53,805 nucleotides of DNA from Bdellovibrionales bacterium (lineage in GTDB: Bacteria > Bdellovibrionota > Bdellovibrionia > Bdellovibrionales > JAGQZY01): positions 1 through 53,805 of the forward strand of contig JAYUKO010000162.1 in the NCBI GenBank assembly GCA_043764415.1. The letters are read 5' to 3'. The notes below the pieces were generated by a model. That model saw only the letters and a list, made by a program, of their open reading frames with translations, was not told the DNA's origin and did not search any database. The first letter of the stretch is position 1, and each line of letters opens with the position of its first letter. Shown piece by piece: positions 28,138-35,783 of the stretch. A program made the position numbers and the translations under genes.

Positions 28138-29374
28138 TTTGAAATAAAGGTGTCAGCTCGGGAACAACCTTGAGCAACGACGTCCCGCGCATTCTGTCGA
28201 GCTCCGTATTAAACTCGCAAAACTGCGAAACTAATAAAGACTTTTTTTCGGAGCTAAAAACTTCTTTTTTCAAACTCGCGCGAATCAACTGTTTTCCCGA
28301 GTCACCCAATAGGCGCCGACCAGAATGGTGGGGGCCCTCAAGGATTCTAGAATTTTCCAGTCTTTGCAGAGCGAGTTCTTTCATTCTCTGCGGTAAAATT
28401 TGAAAGTTAAGGTAAGCTGGACGTACAACAGCATTCGAAAAAGTGATTTCGTCGTGCGGCTGATAGACTTTTTCAAACCAGTCCCAGAGTTCATCAAGCT
28501 TAAATATATTATAAATGGAAACCGCCGCGGTAAACATCACAGTCAGTTGCGGAATTTTGCGAAACTGAAGCAAATTTCTCTCAAGCTCTTCGATTGAAAA
28601 TTTATCGCCGCCGCGGATGTAACGATAAAGCTCTCCCGCGCCGTCGACACTCACGTATAAGTCGATCTGTTTAAAGTGAGACATCAGCTTGAGCAACTGT
28701 GGAGAGACCATGGTGCCGTTGGTAGAGATATCCAAAATAACCTGTGGTGCGATCTGCCATTCCACAAGTTGCTCAAGCACCTTTATTCCTTCCGCTTCGA
28801 GCAAAGGTTCTCCTCCACGAAGGGCCACATACTGTAAATTCTTAAAAAGTTCACGATTGCTAAAGATTTTTAAAATACTTTGCAGCTCGATTTTTTCTGC
28901 TCGCAGACCCTCAGGTCTGTTGAGACGCGAGCCAAATTTTTGCACCAATTCTCGATCTTCGGCAAGCCACGACGTCGACGAAACCGAATTACACATGCGG
29001 CACTTTAAATTGCATTTATTTGAGAGATTTAGATCGAGGTATTGCAGATTTATCTCTCCATCATTTTTTTGTGGCAGTTCTAAATTAAATCTGCGAAGGG
29101 TGTGTTCGAAAAATATCCGTCGAGAATGGCCAAGGGTGCTTTCCTTGGTGGCGCAGTTCACGCAAGCTGTGGCAAATTTTTGCTGCTGCATTTCTGTGCG
29201 CAGGGTTCGAAATTCACCACCAGATAGAATTTCTTCAAGGGACTGGGTTAAAATATTGCCGTAAGATTTTGCGTACTGCGCATCTGGGCCCACATCACCA
29301 TTTGGTTTAACGGACAACGCAAGCCAGGGAGCTAAACAGGGGTGAGAGTTATGATCAAGAGGTGTAATCTTCAA
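28109..29374 (-). CDS. radical SAM protein, N-terminal twitch-like family (paralog 2, degenerate N-motif)
   Basis: 'PCLAPWLALSVKPNGDVGPDA' (CC replaced by DA), 'CVNC', 'CNLKCRMC' and 'LRGGEPLL'. The ORF-track start at 29470 would overlap the amidinotransferase by 116 nt, so I prefer TTG at 29374. The start remains uncertain. Confidence 0.8.
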   Translation of the reverse strand: MKITPLDHNSHPCLAPWLALSVKPNGDVGPDAQYAKSYGNILTQSLEEILSGGEFRTLRTEMQQQKFATACVNCATKESTLGHSRRIFFEHTLRRFNLELPQKNDGEINLQYLDLNLSNKCNLKCRMCNSVSSTSWLAEDRELVQKFGSRLNRPEGLRAEKIELQSILKIFSNRELFKNLQYVALRGGEPLLEAEGIKVLEQLVEWQIAPQVILDISTNGTMVSPQLLKLMSHFKQIDLYVSVDGAGELYRYIRGGDKFSIEELERNLLQFRKIPQLTVMFTAAVSIYNIFKLDELWDWFEKVYQPHDEITFSNAVVRPAYLNFQILPQRMKELALQRLENSRILEGPHHSGRRLLGDSGKQLIRASLKKEVFSSEKKSLLVSQFCEFNTELDRMRGTSLLKVVPELTPLFQINEKTIHTP

Positions 29375-30437
29375 GCCCCCCGGTGCGGCGAATGTCGAGC
29401 GTAACACAATGAATGGCACCATCCCAAAAATACTGATGACGAAAGTTCCAGGGAATGGCTTCGACTCCATGGTGTTTTAATTGGTCGAAAACAGTCTTGT
29501 TGTAGCCATTGGTGATGACACATTTTTCAGAAACACTAAACATATTTACATCAAAAACCGTTTCATCCACGTAACCGATCCATTCTTTAAGCCACTGTTG
29601 AACAAAGTCTTTGTAAAAGCGTTGTTTTTTAATCTTTTGAAAGTATTCAGGAAATGGATTGGGGCTGTTTACCTGAATGATGTCCCACTTGGAGAGGGCT
29701 GCTGGAATATGTTTTGGACTCCAAGTAATTACGAGGCCGGGTTTTAGGAGAGCAATCTTTCCGTCGAGATGACCCGCGCACGGCGCCGCATGAAAACGGT
29801 AAGTGTCTCCCAACTCTTGTTGCAGCCACTTGATTCCGCTGGAAGTGCCTTTTCCTTTTTCGCTCCACTCGCCTTCACCAGGTTGACTGTAAAAAATGTC
29901 TTTCCCACACTTCAAAAGATTCGCGGCATGAAATAGAATTTTTTTATCCTCGAAAAGATCATAAGTCTTTGGGTGTTCGGTAAAAAACGGGGCGGGCATG
30001 GACGTCCAGCGAGCACCTTGGTCAAAATACTCTTTAAAGAGAGAATAGTACGCCCAGTTTTCCAAATAGCGATTGGCGCTCTTTGTGTACGTTTGGATCA
30101 ATTGATTTCCGGCCACGACTACAGTGTCTCTCGGCATCAGCGGATGATTTGGAAAGGTAAAATTAAATAGGTTGAAATCCAGTGTTCTAGCTTCACCATT
30201 CGAGGTTCCCAATTCAAACAAGGTGGATGGGCGCCGAACTTTTACGCCAAAGCTCTCAAATAGCCCAACGAGCTTTTGTAGATCCTCTTCGGTTTCACTC
30301 AGAATGCGATCGATCCCATCACGCAACTCGCTATCGTGGGAGTAAGCAAAGGAACCGGGAGGATACGCTTGGCCGACGAGAACTTCCTCCAGCGGCTGAA
30401 ATTCCGAATAAGTGGAGACGGGGCAGTTCGCGATCAT
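29355..30437 (-). CDS. amidinotransferase (glycine / inosamine-phosphate amidinotransferase family)
   Basis: The N-terminus 'VSTYSEFQPLEEVLVGQAYP' parallels the 'NEWDPLEEVIVG' start of StrB1/AGAT. The C-terminus 'WDGAIHCVTLDIRRTG' carries the catalytic Cys motif. Confidence 0.85.
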   Translation of the reverse strand: MIANCPVSTYSEFQPLEEVLVGQAYPPGSFAYSHDSELRDGIDRILSETEEDLQKLVGLFESFGVKVRRPSTLFELGTSNGEARTLDFNLFNFTFPNHPLMPRDTVVVAGNQLIQTYTKSANRYLENWAYYSLFKEYFDQGARWTSMPAPFFTEHPKTYDLFEDKKILFHAANLLKCGKDIFYSQPGEGEWSEKGKGTSSGIKWLQQELGDTYRFHAAPCAGHLDGKIALLKPGLVITWSPKHIPAALSKWDIIQVNSPNPFPEYFQKIKKQRFYKDFVQQWLKEWIGYVDETVFDVNMFSVSEKCVITNGYNKTVFDQLKHHGVEAIPWNFRHQYFWDGAIHCVTLDIRRTGGLEDYTS

Positions 30438-30994
30438 GGTGAAAGCGCATTCGTTGCGGCGGGCCCAGTCAAGTAACGTTGGTAGTAATCCGCTCTTTTA
30501 CCAACCACCTCGTTATAATAATCGCGGGGCCAATGATCATAGTAGCCACGGGTTTTGAGCTCGTTGGATGCCGCAACAAGAACCGAAAGTCGCTGGATCA
30601 TAAAGATAAGAAACTGCCCATGATTCAACGAAAAACCATCGATGATCTCAGGGAGTGCAGGATGATCGTAAAGAGTCCAAAGATCCTGACTGTAATATTT
30701 TTCGCGCAAGTTCGAAACGATGATTTGCACATCAGTGGGGTTACAATTTTGCCAATCAGTCACAGCGAGAATAGATATTTCCGTTGTGCTGTCCTTATGA
30801 AAGTCGCGCAGCTGCTGGTTGAGGGCACCTTCGTAAGTTTGTGAAGAAACTTCGACAAGCTGAATTTTATTTTTTAAAAAAGCATCGCGCGCAAACGGGC
30901 AAGGAGGAATGTTACCTAGAAAAGAGACGGGTGAAGAAAGTTTTGTCTCAATCCAAATTCTGATAGAATTATTTAAATCCAAATCCGTCCCCAC
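30434..30994 (-). CDS. hypothetical protein (first gene of amidinotransferase operon)
   Basis: 186-aa ORF with a GTG start. 4-nt overlap with the amidinotransferase start. No recognisable motif ('NIPPCPFARDAF' noted). Confidence 0.45.
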   Translation of the reverse strand: MGTDLDLNNSIRIWIETKLSSPVSFLGNIPPCPFARDAFLKNKIQLVEVSSQTYEGALNQQLRDFHKDSTTEISILAVTDWQNCNPTDVQIIVSNLREKYYSQDLWTLYDHPALPEIIDGFSLNHGQFLIFMIQRLSVLVAASNELKTRGYYDHWPRDYYNEVVGKRADYYQRYLTGPAATNALSP

Positions 30995-31032
30995 CGGTTG
31001 AAAAGTAACAACAGTATGCTAATTTAAGTCCC

Positions 31033-31995
31033 ATGATAAGATCACCAGAACAACGCTTGACCTCGAGCGTTACTGAGCCACTCAACGAGCGCCTCCTTAC
31101 TAAAACAGGTAACGCTGTTTATAACGATGATGTTCGAGTGTTCCTCGGCAAAAATATTGCAAACTGGTTTTCCGACGAAGTGCAGTTTGGCTCCATGGTG
31201 GACACCGAGGGCTATATTTGCGAAATGAAGAAGTGGATTCGTTCAAGCCACGCGTGTTCTGTTCTTGGTCTTGAAGACTTTGAGGTGGCCTGCGTTAGTC
31301 TCGGCGTCACCCAAGCTCTGGATCAATTTCATTATGATATTTTACAAAGTGGGCGTCGCTTGCGCATGTTGCGAGGCGAGTACCCTTACCACCGTGATGT
31401 GCACCCATTCTGCATCGAAAAAGATTTTATTGATGATGCGCCTCTCACTCCAGGGGATGCGGTGATCATCAGTTATCCTTTCAGTGCCAGCGGAAACGAA
31501 CCACCGCGGCTCACTGAAACTCTTGATAGCTGTTTGCGTCTGCAGGTGCCGGTGTTTTTAGATCTGGCCTGGTTTGGAACCTGCGGTGGTCTGGTTTTCG
31601 ATTTGCGGCACCCGGCCATCACCCATGTCGCATTTTCGCTCACCAAAGGTCTGACCTGTGGCAACTATCGTTCAGGTGTTCGATGGACTCGAAAAAAAAC
31701 CGACCTTTCCGCCACAGATCGCTTATTGCTGCAACAGGATTGGAATCACAGCATTCATCTCAATTTAAAGATTGGCCGCGAGTTGATGAAAAAGTTTGGA
31801 CCAGATACCCAGTTTCATAAATATCGAACGGCGCAATTGAAAGTGTGCGAGCGTTTTTCCATAGAACCCAGCCCCTGTGTGCATATTGCCACATCCAAAG
31901 AGGAGCACTGGCGGGATTTTAGTCGCGATGGAGTGATTCAGCGAATTAATTTGCGCGACGCGATTAAGTTGCTGAATCGCACACAAGCTGAATAA
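31033..31995 (+). CDS. PLP-dependent aminotransferase-fold (class I/II-like) protein, short form
   Basis: Motifs in the order expected for fold-type I: 'ISYPFSASGNEP' (cf. NPxNPTG), 'VFLDLAWFG' (Asp) and 'SLTKGLTCGNYRSG' (cf. SxSKxxxxxGxRxG, PLP Lys). Only 320 aa. Confidence 0.45.
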   Translation: MIRSPEQRLTSSVTEPLNERLLTKTGNAVYNDDVRVFLGKNIANWFSDEVQFGSMVDTEGYICEMKKWIRSSHACSVLGLEDFEVACVSLGVTQALDQFHYDILQSGRRLRMLRGEYPYHRDVHPFCIEKDFIDDAPLTPGDAVIISYPFSASGNEPPRLTETLDSCLRLQVPVFLDLAWFGTCGGLVFDLRHPAITHVAFSLTKGLTCGNYRSGVRWTRKKTDLSATDRLLLQQDWNHSIHLNLKIGRELMKKFGPDTQFHKYRTAQLKVCERFSIEPSPCVHIATSKEEHWRDFSRDGVIQRINLRDAIKLLNRTQAE

Positions 31996-33192
31996 ATGAA
32001 AGCCATGCAGGTCACTCGTCAAACCAGCCCCACAATATGTCCGTTACCGTTTATGCATACTTACATCACGGCAAATGGTTCTGCTGTCGCCTGTTGTGAG
32101 TCCCAGGAAAGTATTTTATCGCCGTCAAAAAGCAACTTTCAGTCAATGTGGAACTCGCAGAATTATAAAAATTTGCGCCAAGCTCTTTTGCGCGGCGAAA
32201 AACCCGAACTGTGCCGTAAATGCTGGTCAAACGAAGAGATCGGAATGCCATCCAATCGAGAGGACATGTGGCGCGATCTAGAAACTGGTCTTTTTGGTGA
32301 TCCGAATCTCGCAGTGCACGAGGATTTTTTGGTGAGTGAAACTCCGGCGGCCATCGAAATCAAAACCAATAACCTCTGCAATTTGAAGTGCCGAATGTGC
32401 CATCCCGAAAGCAGTCATCGCGTGGGAGAAGATAAAGAAATCATTGTGAAGTACAGAAAAAACCTACCTTGGTCGCAAACAGTGTTGAGCTCCGGTCAAA
32501 CTGTGGGAGCTCTATTTTCTGAAGGGGATGCATTTTTCAAAAAGTTATCGGTGGTTCAATATTCGGGTGGTGAACCGCTCATCAGCGATGAGCAGCTCGA
32601 ATTGACACAAAAATTAATGCAATTTGAACCTGGGAAAATTCATTTGCGCTACTCAACAAATTTGACACATCTGAGTTATAAGAAAACAAGCTATCCAGAC
32701 ATCTGGAGGAATTTCAAAAAAGTACATGTAAAAGTGAGCATCGATGGCGTGAACGACGTCTACGACTATATTCGTGTTGGTGGTCATTTCGAAAAAGTTG
32801 TGGAAAATATTAAGCGACTGCAAGATTTTCAGCTACCAAACCTGCAGCTGAGTATTGGTTTTACGACTCAAGCGTACAACGTATTCCAGCTGCCAGAATT
32901 CCTCGAGTATTTCGAAAAGATAGTGCCGCGCAACTCGATCACCACCCATCTACTGCATTCACCCAAAATGATGATGGTGGATGTTTTTCCGCCAGCGATT
33001 CGAGAACGTCTGATCCACAAGCTCCAGAGCCGGAGAACCGACATCAACAACGTGATTGCCGTTCTACAAAAGTCTACATCAGAGGCGTCGTATTGGACCG
33101 CACTTTGTAATTATACCCAAGAATTGGAAACCAAATATTCGATCAGTTTCGGCTTCCGTTCTTTGCTCGACAAGTACTTAGCAGGTTATTGA
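31996..33192 (+). CDS. radical SAM protein, N-terminal twitch-like family (paralog 3)
   Basis: 'ICPLPFMHTYITANGSAVACC', 'CRKC', 'CNLKCRMC' and 'YSGGEPLI'. Starts immediately after the upstream stop (TAAATG). Confidence 0.85.
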   Translation: MKAMQVTRQTSPTICPLPFMHTYITANGSAVACCESQESILSPSKSNFQSMWNSQNYKNLRQALLRGEKPELCRKCWSNEEIGMPSNREDMWRDLETGLFGDPNLAVHEDFLVSETPAAIEIKTNNLCNLKCRMCHPESSHRVGEDKEIIVKYRKNLPWSQTVLSSGQTVGALFSEGDAFFKKLSVVQYSGGEPLISDEQLELTQKLMQFEPGKIHLRYSTNLTHLSYKKTSYPDIWRNFKKVHVKVSIDGVNDVYDYIRVGGHFEKVVENIKRLQDFQLPNLQLSIGFTTQAYNVFQLPEFLEYFEKIVPRNSITTHLLHSPKMMMVDVFPPAIRERLIHKLQSRRTDINNVIAVLQKSTSEASYWTALCNYTQELETKYSISFGFRSLLDKYLAGY

Positions 33193-33193
33193 C

Positions 33194-34408
33194 ATGTCGA
33201 AAAATTATTCCTGTCAGTATTTAGAAAAGTCTTTAACTCTCTTGCCCACTTCCGAGGTGCGTCCGTGCTGTCGTTTTGATGTGAGTCGCTATGATGTTAA
33301 AGATTTTACCTGGGATCATAAAACACCCCTCGAGGAATTTTACACAAGCGCGCAATACAAAATGATTCGACAACAAAGCCGAAGCGGCCTGCCCGTGGCC
33401 GGTTGCCATCGTTGCTACCGCGAGGAGGATTTAGGTATCAAAAGCATGCGGCAAAAAGATTTTCCTGGGGATGCCGCGAGTTGCGATGATGAAACCCTAA
33501 AAATTTCTATGATCGAGCTCGGTGTGGGTCGCATTTGTAATTTAAAATGTCGAACCTGTGATCCTTACTTTAGTACAAAGTGGGAGACCGATGCTTTGAT
33601 TGCCAACAAGCCAATCCCCGATAAGGGATTGGATGTGGATCTCGATGCGCTGGACGTGCAATTTTTTCGAAATACTCGATTTTTGAAGATCACTGGCGGT
33701 GAGCCTTTTTATCATTCGGCCTTTGAAACGTTAATTCATCGCCTGGTTCAAGAGGGACTTTCCGCAAACATTGACATCGAAATATTCAGCAACGCGACGA
33801 AATTACCGGACGAGGTGTTTGTCGAAGCCTTAAAAGGTTTTCGCACAGTAACGATGACTCTCAGCATCGATGGTTTAGGAGCTACGAATACGTATCTTCG
33901 CCATCCGAGTCGGTGGAAGGATATCGAAAAGAGCGTCGATTTTTGGCTGGGTCTCAGGGCAAGCCAGATAGCACTCAAAGTCCAATTTGCGGTCACGGTT
34001 TCGGTATTTAATATTTTAAGTCTCTTCGATTTATTAGATTGGCTCTACAAGCTCGAAACAAACGAACCTGGAATTATTATTCAAAATGTGCAGGACCCAA
34101 CTCACTTAAATGTGTCTCATTGGCCGTTGCAAATTCGACAAGCTATTCAGTCGAAATTTTTACAGCAAAAAGAAGCCTTCTTGGAGACTCATGTTGTAAA
34201 TACAACGCTTGTTAAAAGGATCGGGAACATCGAAAAAATGCTAGACTCTGTTATCGAACAAAAAGACGTGAGCGAACAGTTTTGGCGAGAAACCCTTGCA
34301 TTAGATAAAGCCAGGAACGAAACCTTTTCTAAGGTATTCCCAGAGCTTTTTCAAATTGTCTCGAGCTCGCTAAATAAAGAGTTCACCGAGTTCCGGAGCG
34401 GCATTTAA
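33194..34408 (+). CDS. radical SAM protein, N-terminal twitch-like family (paralog 4)
   Basis: 'SCQYLEKSLTLLPTSEVRPCC', 'CHRC', 'CNLKCRTC' and 'ITGGEPFY'. Confidence 0.85.
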   Translation: MSKNYSCQYLEKSLTLLPTSEVRPCCRFDVSRYDVKDFTWDHKTPLEEFYTSAQYKMIRQQSRSGLPVAGCHRCYREEDLGIKSMRQKDFPGDAASCDDETLKISMIELGVGRICNLKCRTCDPYFSTKWETDALIANKPIPDKGLDVDLDALDVQFFRNTRFLKITGGEPFYHSAFETLIHRLVQEGLSANIDIEIFSNATKLPDEVFVEALKGFRTVTMTLSIDGLGATNTYLRHPSRWKDIEKSVDFWLGLRASQIALKVQFAVTVSVFNILSLFDLLDWLYKLETNEPGIIIQNVQDPTHLNVSHWPLQIRQAIQSKFLQQKEAFLETHVVNTTLVKRIGNIEKMLDSVIEQKDVSEQFWRETLALDKARNETFSKVFPELFQIVSSSLNKEFTEFRSGI

Positions 34409-35689
34409 AAGACGTGTCTGTCGTTTTCGATCGAGCCTGTCGGTGTAGTCCCGTAGGGCAGGAAGAAGGTGCGACCAATCCCTGCCTTGCATATGTTGCA
34501 GGTGATCTTTTATATGATTCTGAATATTGTTGAGAGTCGCCTGGGGCCATTTCTTTTCGGAAAGCATCTTTTCCTGATAATCGAGAATTTCCGACTCGGC
34601 CTGATTTTTTAAATTTTGCGGAAGGACCTGCGCATTTAAAAACGCCGGCGCGGTGACTCTGTGGGAGTGGAACCGAACACCTCTGTTGGTAAAGTAGTCG
34701 ATAATTTTGGGGAGTTGAAAAACATTGTAGACCTGAATCGTGCAGGCCACGGCAATCTCTTCAAAGACAATATCGCGTCGTGATTGGACTTCATCAAGGT
34801 TCTTCTCAATGGTGGAAAACTGCGCACCCGTGCGGATGTAATTATAAACATCGTGAATGCCATCAATGCTTGCGTAAATCGAAACCGATTTAAAGTTCTT
34901 CCAATAGTCAAAAACCGAGACCCCTTTAAAATTTAACGTGGTTAAATTTGTACTATATTTTAAGCGGATGTGGGGTGCGCGTTCCGAAAGTAGGTCTAAA
35001 ATGCGGTAATGCAGGGGATCCATCAGTGGTTCTCCACCAGCAAATTCTATCAGATCCAATGACTCTGCCATTTTTGCAAAATCAATCCACCATTGTTCTT
35101 GATCCTGAAAACCAGAAATGAGTGGTTTTTTAGTTACATTTTGTTTCTCAGCCGACGTGTAGGCCCACTGGTTGTATTTTTTCATGAGATCAGAAACTTC
35201 ATTCCATTCCGAGGCCCAGGAACTTGAGTCCACGGGGTGACACATTCGACACTTGAGGTTACACAAATTACTCAGTTTGAGCTCGATGGTTTTAGGCAGG
35301 TAGGGAACATGTCCAGAGGGATCCACTTGATTTAGCAAATGCGAATAATTGGACCAACGACTTCCTGGAAATGTGCGCAAAGCTCGCTGTCGCATGGAGC
35401 GTGTGCCCATACTTTCCAGTGTCCAGCAGTCTTGGCACGCCTCGGGCTTTTCTCCGTTCAAAAGCTTCTTTCTAATTTCCTTGTACTGCGGGCTGTTCCA
35501 TAACTCCACAGCCGAAGAGTCCTGCACATTGGAGATGGGTTCACTGCGGCAGCACAGTTTAAAGGTGCCCTCTGTTTTAGTAGCAAGGTGCGTGAAGGGA
35601 TAAATGCAAAAGGTGGCGCTTTTTTCAGCGTCCTTCAAAACCGAATTCACTTCTGTAACAGTGGCGTTTGGTATTTGCAGCATCCCCAA
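34370..35689 (-). CDS. radical SAM protein, N-terminal twitch-like family (paralog 5)
   Basis: 'FCIYPFTHLATKTEGTFKLCC', 'CQDC', 'CNLKCRMC' and 'FAGGEPLM'. TTG at 35689 or ATG at 35683. Confidence 0.85.
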   Translation of the reverse strand: MGMLQIPNATVTEVNSVLKDAEKSATFCIYPFTHLATKTEGTFKLCCRSEPISNVQDSSAVELWNSPQYKEIRKKLLNGEKPEACQDCWTLESMGTRSMRQRALRTFPGSRWSNYSHLLNQVDPSGHVPYLPKTIELKLSNLCNLKCRMCHPVDSSSWASEWNEVSDLMKKYNQWAYTSAEKQNVTKKPLISGFQDQEQWWIDFAKMAESLDLIEFAGGEPLMDPLHYRILDLLSERAPHIRLKYSTNLTTLNFKGVSVFDYWKNFKSVSIYASIDGIHDVYNYIRTGAQFSTIEKNLDEVQSRRDIVFEEIAVACTIQVYNVFQLPKIIDYFTNRGVRFHSHRVTAPAFLNAQVLPQNLKNQAESEILDYQEKMLSEKKWPQATLNNIQNHIKDHLQHMQGRDWSHLLPALRDYTDRLDRKRQTRLLNAAPELGELFI

Positions 35690-35783
35690 AAAGTCTCAGC
35701 TTTCCGAAGCCCTGACAAGGAGTTTACTCGACATCTCCTTTTTAGATGCATGGAGCCAGCTCACGATATAGAACGGAAAAGGT

